Shown here: piece after piece, positions 24,897-34,620 of the stretch | Layout of the letters: each line of letters starts with the position of its first letter | Numbering within the stretch: the first letter of the stretch is position 1 | Made by a program: the position numbers and the translations under genes | Source of the DNA: Burkholderiales bacterium | Lineage (GTDB): Bacteria; Pseudomonadota; Gammaproteobacteria; Burkholderiales; Burkholderiaceae_C | Direction of reading: 5' to 3' | Assembly: GCA_038327925.1 (NCBI GenBank) | Contig: JBBQLM010000020.1 | Location: forward strand, 9,569-73,568 | Length of the DNA: 64,000 nucleotides | The notes under the pieces: model-generated | Databases searched by the model: none | What the model was told of the DNA's origin: nothing | What the model saw: the letters and a program-made list of their open reading frames with translations, nothing else

Positions 24897-26777
24897 ATGA
24901 AACTGATCCGCTATCTGGCGGCAGCATGCGTGTTCATCGCTGTTGGCCATCAACCGACCTGGGCTCAGGACGGAGATGACAAGAAGCTGCCTGTCATCTC
25001 CAAAAAGTGGCATCTGGTGTATGACGTGGAGCGCAACGGCCGCTCCACGCAGACCTTTGAGTCGCGCAACCAGGTTGTTCTGGCCAATGCGCTGGAGAGG
25101 ATGAAGACCTACAGCTTTTCATTCAGTACCAGCATCCAGACTGGCGAAGTGCTGGAGGCCTACACCGAGAAGAAAGACGGTCGCCGGCTGCCGGTCCCAT
25201 CCAACAACTTCCAGACGACCACCAACAACGGGCGGGCAGGTGCTGCCCCCATGTTCTCCGACCGGACCAGCATCTCCATCGTGTTTCCAGATCTGGCCGT
25301 TGGAGACACCGTCGGGGTTGTCTACAAGATCGTGGACAAGGAACCCATCTTCCCGGGCCAGTTCTCGATGATCCAGGGATTTTCGGCCTACGGGGTCTAC
25401 GAGGATATTGACGTCACCGTGCGCGCACCCGCCGATCTGAAACTCCATGTCGAGTCGCACCACGTGCAGGCCTTGCCCGTTCGGGAAGCGGCTGGCATTC
25501 GCACCTGGCAGTGGCACTACCAAAACCTCAAGCCCCTGGAGTGGAATGAAAGCGACAGCGGGATATGGCGTGTGGATGAAAGCCCTTCCATCCTCGCGTC
25601 CACGTTCGATAACTACGAGGCCATTGCAAAGGCCTACGGTGACCGGGCGCTGCCCAAGGCCGTGTCAACACCCCGGATCCGCGAATTGGCCGCGACGATT
25701 GTGGGGGACGCCAAGCAACCCATTGAACGCGCCCGTCGCCTGTATGAGTGGGTGTCCAGGAACATGACCTACGGTGGCAACTGCATCGGCATTGGCGCCG
25801 TGGTGCCACGCGATCTCGATGTGGTTCTGGACAACAAGATGGGGGATTGCAAGGACCATGCAACCCTGCTGCAGGCACTCTTGTCGGCCGCAGACATCCC
25901 GAGCGAACAGGTGCTGATCAACGCCGGCGATATGTATGACCTGGCGAAGACACCCGTGGTTTCCTCGGTCAACCATGTCATCAACTACATGCCCGAGTTC
26001 AAGACCTATCTGGACGCCACGGCCAAGGAGATTCCGTTTGGCTATTTGCCGATGAGTGCGTACGGCAAGCCAGTGATCCACGTGGGCAGCGCCACTGCGC
26101 TGGCCAGGACGCCGGACCAACGGTATGAACAAGCTGCCCAGAAACTGGGCATGCAGTTGAAAGTTGACAAGGACGGCAGCGCGACCGGCGAAATGCACGT
26201 TGCGCTGAAAGGACTGGCAGCCGCGGAGGCGCGCGCCTATCTGCGGGAACTCAGCAGCGACAACGAGCGGGATTTTGTGAAATGGGCCCTGAACGCAAAC
26301 GGCTTCAAGGGCAAAGGCAAACTGCTCAAAGGCGACACCAGCGGGATGTCGGATACCTATGAATTCAGCTTGCGCTTCGACATTTCCAACTACCTGGATG
26401 GTGGCGCCACCGGCGCATTTGTCCTGGCACCCGTCATCAGCACCCCGATGCCCATCATGAGCTATGCGGGCATCAAAGGCCGGGTGGAGCCCAACCGGCG
26501 CCATACCTGCTATGGCTTTGTGAGCCAGGAGAGCTACGACATCACCCTGGCACCGGGTTTGAAATTCACGTCCCTGCCGGCAACGGCGAAGATTCGATCG
26601 GAGGTATTCGACTACACGGCCAAGTACCAGCGCACCAAGACCGGCGTTCAGGTGACACGCGAAGTCCACGACAAGACGCCCGTGAGTGTCTGCACCGCAG
26701 CGATGGCTGCAGAGCTGCACAAACAGGCATTGCCAGCGGCGGAGAATTTGCGCACCCAGGTCTTGTACCGCCGTTGA
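24897..26777 (+). CDS. DUF3857-like + transglutaminase-like domain protein, secreted
   Basis: Signal MKLIRYLAAACVFIAVGHQPTWAQD. The transglutaminase-core motif GDCKDHATLLQALL is present. The DUF3857 assignment of the N-terminal half is tentative. Confidence 0.75.
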   Translation: MKLIRYLAAACVFIAVGHQPTWAQDGDDKKLPVISKKWHLVYDVERNGRSTQTFESRNQVVLANALERMKTYSFSFSTSIQTGEVLEAYTEKKDGRRLPVPSNNFQTTTNNGRAGAAPMFSDRTSISIVFPDLAVGDTVGVVYKIVDKEPIFPGQFSMIQGFSAYGVYEDIDVTVRAPADLKLHVESHHVQALPVREAAGIRTWQWHYQNLKPLEWNESDSGIWRVDESPSILASTFDNYEAIAKAYGDRALPKAVSTPRIRELAATIVGDAKQPIERARRLYEWVSRNMTYGGNCIGIGAVVPRDLDVVLDNKMGDCKDHATLLQALLSAADIPSEQVLINAGDMYDLAKTPVVSSVNHVINYMPEFKTYLDATAKEIPFGYLPMSAYGKPVIHVGSATALARTPDQRYEQAAQKLGMQLKVDKDGSATGEMHVALKGLAAAEARAYLRELSSDNERDFVKWALNANGFKGKGKLLKGDTSGMSDTYEFSLRFDISNYLDGGATGAFVLAPVISTPMPIMSYAGIKGRVEPNRRHTCYGFVSQESYDITLAPGLKFTSLPATAKIRSEVFDYTAKYQRTKTGVQVTREVHDKTPVSVCTAAMAAELHKQALPAAENLRTQVLYRR

Positions 26778-26882
26778 TCCGGTTTGGCGGGCGCGCTGCA
26801 CATAGTGCGCTGGCGCACTGACTGGATCCGGATGTTTCAGCACACTGCGACCTTGTAAGACTTCCACTTCAAGGAGAAACAT

Positions 26883-27032
26883 ATGCTCGAAACCGTCGCC
26901 ATTGTGTTGCTGATACTCTGGGCTCTCGGCATGGTGTCCTCGTACACCGTCGGGGGCTTTATCCACGTCCTGTTGGTGATTGCGGTTGTGGTGATCCTGG
27001 TCCGCATCATCCGCGGTCGCAGTCCTTTGTAG
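26883..27032 (+). CDS. Small membrane protein, lmo0937-family-like (49 aa; absent from ORF track)
   Basis: MLETVAIVLLILWALGMVSSYTVGGFIHVLLVIAVVVILVRIIRGRSPL. A strong SD (AAGGAGAAACATATG) precedes the start. Two TM helices with a GG.IH.LLVIAV core are typical of this small-protein family, from memory. Confidence 0.6.
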   Translation: MLETVAIVLLILWALGMVSSYTVGGFIHVLLVIAVVVILVRIIRGRSPL

Positions 27033-27043
27033 GGGCGCTGTCC

Positions 27044-27262
27044 ATGAATTCAATCAGACTGGTCGCCATCCTGTTGATCGTCGCAGGCGGCCTCGGTGCG
27101 ACCTACGGGGGCTTCAGCTACACCAAGGAAACCCACACCGCAGACATTGGCCCACTGCACATGCAGGTGTCGGAAAAGGAACGCGTCAACATTCCCATGT
27201 GGGCCGGACTGGGCGCTGTGGCGCTCGGACTGGTGCTACTGGTGGTTGCCCGCAAGGAGTAG
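27044..27262 (+). CDS. Small membrane protein (DUF3185-like, tentative)
   Basis: 72 aa with two TM segments flanking ...YGGFSYTKETHTADIGPLHMQVSEKERVNIPMW.... It starts 12 nt after the previous small ORF. Confidence 0.55.
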   Translation: MNSIRLVAILLIVAGGLGATYGGFSYTKETHTADIGPLHMQVSEKERVNIPMWAGLGAVALGLVLLVVARKE

Positions 27263-28804
27263 ACCCGCGGCAGCAGGCTTCGCGCCGGTGTCCCGACCGG
27301 CCGGCACCGGCACCATGCTGCCCGTGTCGCGGTAGCGCAGATGCCAGGAAAACGCCTCCTGGAGCACATGGGGCGTTTGCCCACCACCCTGGTTTGCCCG
27401 TGCCACGTAGTCCCGCAGCATGGCCTGGTAAGGCGGCGCCACACAGCGGTCAATGATGACCTGGGCGCGCTCCCGGGGCGCCAGGCCGCGCAGGTCGGCC
27501 AGACCGACCTCGGTGACGATGATGTCCACGTCATGCTCGGTGTGGTCCACATGCGAGACCATGGGCACGATGCTGGAAATGCGTCCATCCTTGGCCGTGG
27601 CCTTGGTCGCAAAAACCGATAGATAGGCATTGCGCGCAAAGTCGCCCGAGCCGCCAATGCCGTTCATCATGTGCGTGCCCTGCACATGGGTGGAGTTGAC
27701 GTTGCCATAAATGTCGGCCTCCAGCGCGGTGTTGATGGCGATGATGCCCAGGCGACGGATGATCTCCGGGTGGTTGCTGACCTCTTGCGGGCGCAGCACC
27801 AGGCGGTCCTTGTATTTGCCGATGTTGCCAAACACCTCCCGGCTCTTCTGGGGCGACAGGGTGATCGATGAGCCGGACGCGAAGTCGAGCTTGCCCGCAT
27901 CCATCAGGTCAAATGTCGAGTCCTGCAGCACCTCGGAATACATCGTCAGATGCTCAAACGGGCTGTCAATGAATCCCTGCATGACCGCATTGGCAATGGT
28001 GCCAATGCCGGCCTGCATGGGCAGCAGGCTCTTCGTCAGGCGACCGAAGTCCACTTCCTTCTTGAAAAAATCGACCAGATGCGCGGCGATGGCGGCGGTC
28101 TCGCCATCCGCCGGGAGGATGGTGGAAGCGCTGTCGAGCTTCTCGGTGATCACGATGGCCACAATCTTCTCCGGTGGAATCGCGATGGCCGTACTGCCAA
28201 TACGGTCCTGCACTGCCATCAGCGGCATGGGCTCGCGCCGGGGGCGGTGCTTGGGGATGAAGATGTCGTGCAGGCCTTCCAGCTCCAGCGATTGGCTGAG
28301 ATTGATCTCGACGATCACCTTGTCCGCCAGAATTGCAAAGCTGGCGCTGTTGCCCACCGACGTGGTGGGGATGATGGCGCCGGTCTCGGTGATGGCCACC
28401 GCCTCGATGATCGCCAGGTCAATGGGCGCCATTTGCCGGGTGCGCAGCAGCTCGACCGTTTCGGACAGGTGCTGGTCCACAAACATCACCTCCCCGCGGT
28501 TGATGGCCGCGCGCAGCACCGGGTCGGCCTGAAACGGCAGGCGGCGAGCCAGCACACCGGCTTCGGTCAACGTCCGGTCCACATCGCTGCCCAGCGAGGC
28601 GCCGGTCATCAGCGTGATCTTCAGATCCTCCTGGCGCGCCCGCTCGGCCAAGGCCATGGGCACGACCTTGGCGTCGCCGGCGCGGGTGAATCCGCTCATG
28701 CCGATGGTCATGCCATCCTGAATCCACTGCGCGGCCTCCGCCGCACTGGTCACACGCTCGCGCAACGCGGGAATACGGATTCGGTCCTGAAGATCGTCAT
28801 GCAT
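27236..28804 (-). CDS. Acetyl-CoA hydrolase/transferase family protein (succinate/acetate CoA-transferase-like)
   Basis: 522 aa. Family-typical segments are GMTIGMSGFTRAGDAKV, EVLQDS and MNGIGGSGDFARNAY. Confidence 0.85.
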   Translation of the reverse strand: MHDDLQDRIRIPALRERVTSAAEAAQWIQDGMTIGMSGFTRAGDAKVVPMALAERARQEDLKITLMTGASLGSDVDRTLTEAGVLARRLPFQADPVLRAAINRGEVMFVDQHLSETVELLRTRQMAPIDLAIIEAVAITETGAIIPTTSVGNSASFAILADKVIVEINLSQSLELEGLHDIFIPKHRPRREPMPLMAVQDRIGSTAIAIPPEKIVAIVITEKLDSASTILPADGETAAIAAHLVDFFKKEVDFGRLTKSLLPMQAGIGTIANAVMQGFIDSPFEHLTMYSEVLQDSTFDLMDAGKLDFASGSSITLSPQKSREVFGNIGKYKDRLVLRPQEVSNHPEIIRRLGIIAINTALEADIYGNVNSTHVQGTHMMNGIGGSGDFARNAYLSVFATKATAKDGRISSIVPMVSHVDHTEHDVDIIVTEVGLADLRGLAPRERAQVIIDRCVAPPYQAMLRDYVARANQGGGQTPHVLQEAFSWHLRYRDTGSMVPVPAGRDTGAKPAAAGLLLAGNHQ

Positions 28805-28833
28805 GGTGGTTTTCCTTCCGGTGGTTTGGGCCT

Positions 28834-29775
28834 TTAGGTCAGGCAGTAGTTGATGGGTGTGAGGGGGGCTGGAACCTGCGTGTCGTGCAGGGACTCACGC
28901 AGATTGATCTCGATGGTCCGGCAGATGGCGTCCAGCGGCAGGTCATTGGCGTCCAGGCCAAAAGGCTCCTCAATCTCATCGCCCAGGGCATCCAGGCCGA
29001 AGAAAGTGTAGGCGACGATGGACACGACAAAGGGCGTCATGAAGCCGATGGAGTCCACCAGCCCGAACGGCAGCAGAAAGCAATACAGATAGGCCGTGCG
29101 GTGCAGCAGCAGCGTGTAGGAAAACGGAATGGGGGTGCTCCTGATCCGCTCACAGCTGGCCGCCGCGGCGCTCAGGGCCGACAGCGTGGTGTCCATGGAC
29201 GTGGCCAGACAGGGATCAATCCGGCCTTCCTTCAGGCACAGCCCCAGGTCCTGTCCCATCCTCTGCATCAGGTAGTCGGGGGCGTTGGACGACTGCCGGG
29301 CACCGATCTGCTCCTCTGCGACCAGCAGCCCCTGGTACTCGGGCGCACTGCGCTCATCGCGCAGCAGGCGGCGCAGCGCGTGCGCAAACGCAATGGTTCG
29401 CAGCACCATGCGCACCCGCACATCGTCCAGACCCAAACTGGCCCGCACTGGCTCAGCACCCGCAATCAGGCTCTGGCACTGTCGCGCCAGGCTGCGGCTG
29501 CGCAGCAGCACCTCGCCCCACAGCTTGCGCCCCTCCCAGAACCGGTCGTAGGCAGCCGTATTGCGAAAGCCCAGGAAGATCGCAATCGGCAACCCGATCA
29601 GGGTGAACGGAATGGTCGTCAGCGTGATCTTCAGCGCAAACAGATCCCCATGGGATATCGTCACCAGAATGGCGATCAGCGTGGTGGCCACCAGGGATGG
29701 CAGAATCCTCGGCAGGATGGAGCCGCGCAGGAGCAGGAACATCCTGAAGCCGGATGGTCGGTCGCGAACAATCAT
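28834..29775 (-). CDS. Bestrophin-family (UPF0187/YneE) anion channel
   Basis: 313 aa. Motifs: ...AAYDRFWEGRKLWGE..., ...STPIPFSYTLLLHRTAYLYC..., ...LGDEIEEPFGLDANDLPLD.... Confidence 0.8.
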   Translation of the reverse strand: MIVRDRPSGFRMFLLLRGSILPRILPSLVATTLIAILVTISHGDLFALKITLTTIPFTLIGLPIAIFLGFRNTAAYDRFWEGRKLWGEVLLRSRSLARQCQSLIAGAEPVRASLGLDDVRVRMVLRTIAFAHALRRLLRDERSAPEYQGLLVAEEQIGARQSSNAPDYLMQRMGQDLGLCLKEGRIDPCLATSMDTTLSALSAAAASCERIRSTPIPFSYTLLLHRTAYLYCFLLPFGLVDSIGFMTPFVVSIVAYTFFGLDALGDEIEEPFGLDANDLPLDAICRTIEINLRESLHDTQVPAPLTPINYCLT

Positions 29776-29807
29776 TTTTTAATATTCACTAACATGCAAG
29801 TATTTTA

Positions 29808-29827
29808 ATCGCTAACATGTTAGCGAT
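29808..29827. promoter_or_regulatory. Perfect 20-bp palindrome ATCGCTAACATGTTAGCGAT in divergent promoter region
   Basis: Read directly from the sequence. It lies 13 nt upstream of the MarR-family gene start and 33 nt from the bestrophin gene start. A half-site-like CTAACATG recurs at 29788-29795. Confidence 0.6.
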
Positions 29828-29839
29828 GCTTGAAGCACA

Positions 29840-30319
29840 ATGAAACCCCAATCGACCCCACGGGTTAGCCACCACAACCTGCCGCAGCGCTTTCTGAAGG
29901 CCCGGGAATGCCTGATGGGCCATTTCCGCCCCATCCTCAACCACTTTGGCCTGACCGATCAGCAGTGGCGCATCCTGCGCCTGCTCGATGAATACGGGCA
30001 ACTCGAACCACGCGAACTCTGCGACCAGTGCCAGATCCACAGCGCCAGCATGGCCGGCATGCTGGCGCGCATGGAGGACCTGCAGATGATCGAGCGCAGC
30101 CGTGTGGAGGGTGATCTGCGACGCGTATCCGTGCGCCTGGCGCCCAAAGGGGATCAACTGGTCAACGACATGGCCCCCCTCATCGATTTGCAGTACCTGC
30201 TGATCGAAGAGGCCATTGGCAAGGACGTTCTGGAGAACCTTTTCAACTCCCTGGAAGCGTTCATTGGTGCGAAGAATGACCGGGTCCAGCAAATTGAACT
30301 TCCCGAGGGTGATGCGTGA
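29840..30319 (+). CDS. MarR-family transcriptional regulator (HpaR-like)
   Basis: 159 aa. ...FRPILNHFGLTDQQWRILRLLDE... and ...MAGMLARMEDLQMIERSR...DLRRV.V.L..KG resemble my recollection of E. coli HpaR. Confidence 0.75.
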   Translation: MKPQSTPRVSHHNLPQRFLKARECLMGHFRPILNHFGLTDQQWRILRLLDEYGQLEPRELCDQCQIHSASMAGMLARMEDLQMIERSRVEGDLRRVSVRLAPKGDQLVNDMAPLIDLQYLLIEEAIGKDVLENLFNSLEAFIGAKNDRVQQIELPEGDA

Positions 30320-30924
30320 AATCTGCCAGTGACAGCCTGTTCGATGCGGCCTACTACCAGCGCTACTACTTCAACAAGAAAACCAGCGTGGTGGACCCGG
30401 CCCATGTGGAGCGCCTGGGCGCCTTTGTCTGCAGCTACCTGCAGTTCCTGCGCGTGCCGGTGCGCCGTGTGCTGGACGTGGGTTGCGGCATTGGACTGTG
30501 GCGCGATGTGATCAAGCGGCACTACCCGCACGCGGAGTTTCATGGTGTGGAATACAGCCCCTACTTGTGCGAGCGCTATGGCTGGACGCGCGGATCGGTG
30601 GTTGACTACCAGACCGGCACCCCATTTGACCTGGTGATTTGCCAGGGTGTGCTGCCCTACCTGAGCGTTGCCGACGTTAAACGCGCCATGCGCAACCTGG
30701 GGCTGTTGAGCTGCGGCGCACTGTATGTGGAGGCGGTCGCGCGCGAGGACTGGGAGCAAGACGTTGTGGATGAGACCCTGACCGACCCCAGCCTGTTCAA
30801 ACACCCGGCGCAGTTGTACCGTCAGGGCCTGACACCGGGTTTCACCGAACTCGGCGGCGGCGTCTGGCTGAGCCGGCAGTCGGAACTTCCCCTGTTTGCG
30901 CTGGAGCATCTTGACGGCCGCTGA
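30316..30924 (+). CDS. Class I SAM-dependent methyltransferase
   Basis: GTG start overlaps the upstream stop (GTGA). Motif I is VLDVGCGIGLW. Confidence 0.7.
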   Translation: MKSASDSLFDAAYYQRYYFNKKTSVVDPAHVERLGAFVCSYLQFLRVPVRRVLDVGCGIGLWRDVIKRHYPHAEFHGVEYSPYLCERYGWTRGSVVDYQTGTPFDLVICQGVLPYLSVADVKRAMRNLGLLSCGALYVEAVAREDWEQDVVDETLTDPSLFKHPAQLYRQGLTPGFTELGGGVWLSRQSELPLFALEHLDGR

Positions 30925-30937
30925 TGACAAGCCATCC

Positions 30938-31660
30938 ATGATGCATGCCGTCTCCCGCCTGCGCACCGCCCGACTGGCCCGCAGCGCCAAACCCTTTCGC
31001 GCCCGCGGCGGACCACGCGGCGAGCGCTGTGCGGGCTGTCGTCTGGCCTTGAGCCACTGTACGTGTGCCCTGCGCCCGGTAGTGCCCACCACGGCGGGCG
31101 TGTGCCTGCTCATGGCCGACATTGAACCGCTCAAGCCCAGCAACACCGGCTGGCTGATTGCCGATGTGGTGCCGGAAACCTTTGCCTTTGGCTGGGCGCG
31201 CACCGAGGTTGACCCGGCGCTGCTGGCCCTGCTGGCCGACCCGCAGTGGCAACCCTTTGTGGTGTTCCCCGGAGAGTTTGTGGCGCCCGAACGCGTTGTG
31301 ACCGGTGTGCAGCCGGTGCCGGGCAAGCGCCCACTATTTGTGTTGCTGGACGCCACCTGGCCCGAGGCGCGCAAGATGTTCCGCAAGAGCCCCTATCTGA
31401 ACCACCTGCCGGTGCTGAGCCTGGCCTCGGAACAGATATCACGCTACAAGCTGCGCCGCTCCCGCCGTGATGACCACTTCTGCACCTCCGAGGTGGCTGC
31501 CCTGTGCATGGACCTGGCCGGCGAGCCGCTGGCAGCGCAGACGCTGGAAGCCTACCTGGATGTATTCACCCACCACTACCTGCAGGCCAAGAACCAGTTA
31601 CCAGTGGACCTGGAGGATGCTGCGCACCAGCGTTTGCGCAACCTGGGCGGCCCGCGCTAG
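30938..31660 (+). CDS. tapT: DTW-domain tRNA-uridine aminocarboxypropyltransferase (TapT/YfiP-like)
   Basis: ORF 30896..31660, start moved to ATG 30938. Has an N-terminal CxxC...CxC (RCAGCRLALSHCTC) and the DTW-type motif LLDATWPEARKM. Confidence 0.7.
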   Translation: MMHAVSRLRTARLARSAKPFRARGGPRGERCAGCRLALSHCTCALRPVVPTTAGVCLLMADIEPLKPSNTGWLIADVVPETFAFGWARTEVDPALLALLADPQWQPFVVFPGEFVAPERVVTGVQPVPGKRPLFVLLDATWPEARKMFRKSPYLNHLPVLSLASEQISRYKLRRSRRDDHFCTSEVAALCMDLAGEPLAAQTLEAYLDVFTHHYLQAKNQLPVDLEDAAHQRLRNLGGPR

Positions 31661-31749
31661 CACCTTGGTGACCGACAGCGCCGCGGTTTGCTTCTAAGCT
31701 TGTGGGCTTCACCAACCCACCCACAACAAGCATTCCAGGAGCAGCGCAA

Positions 31750-32517
31750 ATGAACGAACTCTTTTCCCTCAAGGGCCGCACGGCACTCATCACCGGCGGC
31801 TCGCGCGGCATTGGCCGCATGATTGCCGAGGGCTTTTTGAAGCAAGGCGCCAAGGTCTACATCAGCGCCCGCAAGGCCGCGGCCTGCGACCAGACCGCCG
31901 CCGAGCTGTCCGCACTGGGCACCTGCGTGTCCCTGCCGGCGGACGTGTCCACCGTGGAAGGTGCACGTGCGCTGGTGGCGGCCTATTCGCAACATGAAGA
32001 CCAGCTCGACATCCTGGTCAACAACGCCGGCGCCGCCTGGGGCGCGCCGTTTGACGACTTCCCCGAGAGCGGCTGGGACAAGGTCGTGGACCTGAACCTG
32101 AAGACCCCGTTCTTCCTGACCCAGGCCCTGCACGGTCATCTGACCAAAGCCGGCAAGAGCCATGTGGCCAAGGTGATCAACATCGCGTCCATCGATGGCG
32201 TTTCGGTGAACCCGATGGAAACCTATTCGTATGCGGCCAGCAAGGCCGGGCTGATCCACCTGACACGCCGCATGGCGCTGCGCCTGGCCAAGGACAACAT
32301 CGTCGTCACGGCAATTGCCCCCGGCGCCTTTGCATCCGAGATGAACAAGGACGCGCGTGACCACGAAGCCGAAGTCTCTGCACGCATTCCCGCCGGCCGC
32401 GTCGGCACGGTGGAAGACATGGCTGGCGCCGCGATTTACCTGGCATCGCGCGCGGGGGACTATGTGGTGGGCTCGACGCTGGTGGTGGATGGGGGAGTAA
32501 CCCACGCGCGGGGGTAA
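31750..32517 (+). CDS. SDR-family oxidoreductase
   Basis: Start moved to ATG 31750 (MNELFSLKGRTALITGGSRGIG). The catalytic YxxxK is YAASKAG. Confidence 0.85.
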   Translation: MNELFSLKGRTALITGGSRGIGRMIAEGFLKQGAKVYISARKAAACDQTAAELSALGTCVSLPADVSTVEGARALVAAYSQHEDQLDILVNNAGAAWGAPFDDFPESGWDKVVDLNLKTPFFLTQALHGHLTKAGKSHVAKVINIASIDGVSVNPMETYSYAASKAGLIHLTRRMALRLAKDNIVVTAIAPGAFASEMNKDARDHEAEVSARIPAGRVGTVEDMAGAAIYLASRAGDYVVGSTLVVDGGVTHARG

Positions 32518-32894
32518 ACGGTGCGCGTCAGTCTACAGTCGGGCATAGCTGGCGACCGACTGCTTTCTGGCAGTCTGGTTCGCTACCCGTCGGAAGCTGG
32601 TCTTTGTTGTTCGGGTCAGTGCCCTTAGCCGAATTTCAGTTTTCTGAAACGCCAGCCAGAGACCGGTCGTAGAACCCAACACGAGATACTCACCGGATTG
32701 ACTACAGAATTTCACAAGGCTGAGCGGGATCATGTCGGTGGTTATCGTGGTGCACGCTCTGTCCGTGAGACCCGCGATCGCATTGCAGTCCCGGGTAAAG
32801 AAGTGCACGAAGAACTTGTCCTGATAAGTGACACCGGTGTAGCAGTTGCCGTTACCCGCCTGCGTTGCAAGTCCAGAGGACATGGATGGATTGG

Positions 32895-33167
32895 CGCCTT
32901 GTAGATGCTGACAACGGCAAGCCACTGGTGGGTACGAGCGACTGCTAGCGCGCGCCGGCTTGAAAAGTCAGAGCGTTCGGCTTTGAGCACATCCAGGTAG
33001 ATGCCTTCACCTGTTGAAAACCGTACGCGGGCAAGACGAGCAACCTCGCGATTTGCCGCTGACTCACGCACACGAAACCCAAGTGTGCTGCGCGCGGCGC
33101 CATAGGCTTTGAAGGCATCGTCAGTTTCCTGCTGAGCACGCAACACGGTCTGGCCGTAGACGATCAA
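32895..33167 (-). pseudogene. C-terminal fragment of an outer-membrane efflux factor (OMF/NodT-type) gene
   Basis: ...ARVRFSTGEGIYLDVLKAERSDFSSRRALAVARTHQWLAVVSIYKA matches OMF C-termini (.YLDVL.A.R......L......Q...V.LYKALGGG). It lacks the rest of the gene and runs into lower-G+C sequence. Confidence 0.55.
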
Positions 33168-33226
33168 CGCCTCTTTGGTACGTGCCTAGCTCGCAGCGAT
33201 TCGGGCGGTCCGGTTCGATCGACCCG

Positions 33227-34609
33227 TCACCCCGGCGTCCCGGTGCCGCCACCGAGGCCCTTGAACACCGCCACCAGATGCTGGCGTTGCTGCATCAGCG
33301 CGTGCGCCAGCGCCGCCCGCGACTGCCGGGAGGTACGCTGGGCATCCAGCAACTCCAGCAGGTCGGTGGCCCCGGCCTCGAAGCGCACGCGTGACAGGCG
33401 CTCGGCTTGCGCCGCATGCTGAGCCCGGCGCTGCAGCGCACTGAATTGCTGCTGGCCCGCGCTGTAGCGTGCCAGGGCATTTTCCACTTCTTCGGTGGCC
33501 AGCAGAATGCGTTGCCGGTAGGCGCTCAGCGCCTCCTTCTGGTCGGCCTTGGCCACGGCCAGCCGGGCTTCAATGCGCGGTCGATCAAACAGGGGCGCCA
33601 TCAGCGCGGGCGCACTGAGCCAGGACACGCTGCCGGCCGAGCCCAGCCCGCTGACCGAGCCGGCCAGGAAGCCGAGCACGCCCGTGATCGACAGCCGGGG
33701 GTAGAACTCCGCCCGCACCGCCCTCACGTCGAGCGCGCGCGCACGCAGCTCGGCTTCCTGCGCCAGGATGTCCGGGCGGCGCGCCAGCCACACCGCCGCC
33801 TCGGGCACCTGCAGCGCCACCGCGCCCGGCTGCACGGTGTCGGCACTGGGCAGCTCGAAGCCCGCCGGCGAGCTGCCGGTGAGCACGGCCAGCCGATGCA
33901 ACGCCACCCGTGCGGCCGCCTCTTGGAGCGGAATGTCCGCCAACGCGGCCTCGAGTTCGCCTTGCGCGCGCAGGTCGTCAATCGGGGCGGCCAGCCCGCC
34001 TTGGGCCCGGGCCTGCACCAGCTTGAGCGTGCGTTGCCGGTTCTCGGCGACGGTGCGGGCCAGTTGCAGTTGCTCGCGCGCCTCGATCAGCGAGAAGTAG
34101 GCGTGGGCAATCTCGGCGCTGACCGCCAGTCGCACGCCTTGTGCCTGCACCTCGGTCGCTGTCAGGCGCTCCCTGGCCGCAGTCGATTGCGCGCCGAGCC
34201 GGCCGAACAGGTCGATCTCCCAACTGAATTCAAGACCCAGTTGCACGCTGTTGCTGCGGCGTTGGGCCGCCGACATCCCGGGCGCCTCGGTCTCGCTGGC
34301 CTGCGCGGCCCGGCCCTGCAAGCCCGCCGCGCCGGACGGCCTGGCAGCGGCTTCGGCACTGTTTAGCAGGGCTTGCGAACGGCCAATCCGTTCGCGGGCC
34401 TGCGTGATGTCCAGGTTGCCGTCCAGCCCCTTCTGGATCAGGGCTGACAGCGCCGGGTCCCCTAGCGCCACCCACCATGCGGCCGCGCTTTCGGCACTCG
34501 CTTGTGTCGCAGTGGCTGTAGTCGCCACTGCCTGGGTCTGCTGGGCGATGCCGGGGGCGGCCCATAGGGCTGCGGCCAGCGCGAGTGCGGTTAATTTGAA
34601 GTTGCGCAT
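33227..34609 (-). CDS. RND-system outer membrane efflux protein (TolC/OprM family)
   Basis: Real start is ATG 34609 (MRNFKLTALALAAALWAAPGIAQQ, SD AAGGAA upstream). The 721-aa track ORF is an artefactual 5' extension over the RND pump gene. The protein ends ...VAVFKGLGGG.... Confidence 0.85.
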   Translation of the reverse strand: MRNFKLTALALAAALWAAPGIAQQTQAVATTATATQASAESAAAWWVALGDPALSALIQKGLDGNLDITQARERIGRSQALLNSAEAAARPSGAAGLQGRAAQASETEAPGMSAAQRRSNSVQLGLEFSWEIDLFGRLGAQSTAARERLTATEVQAQGVRLAVSAEIAHAYFSLIEAREQLQLARTVAENRQRTLKLVQARAQGGLAAPIDDLRAQGELEAALADIPLQEAAARVALHRLAVLTGSSPAGFELPSADTVQPGAVALQVPEAAVWLARRPDILAQEAELRARALDVRAVRAEFYPRLSITGVLGFLAGSVSGLGSAGSVSWLSAPALMAPLFDRPRIEARLAVAKADQKEALSAYRQRILLATEEVENALARYSAGQQQFSALQRRAQHAAQAERLSRVRFEAGATDLLELLDAQRTSRQSRAALAHALMQQRQHLVAVFKGLGGGTGTPG

Positions 34610-34620
34610 GTGAATTTCCT

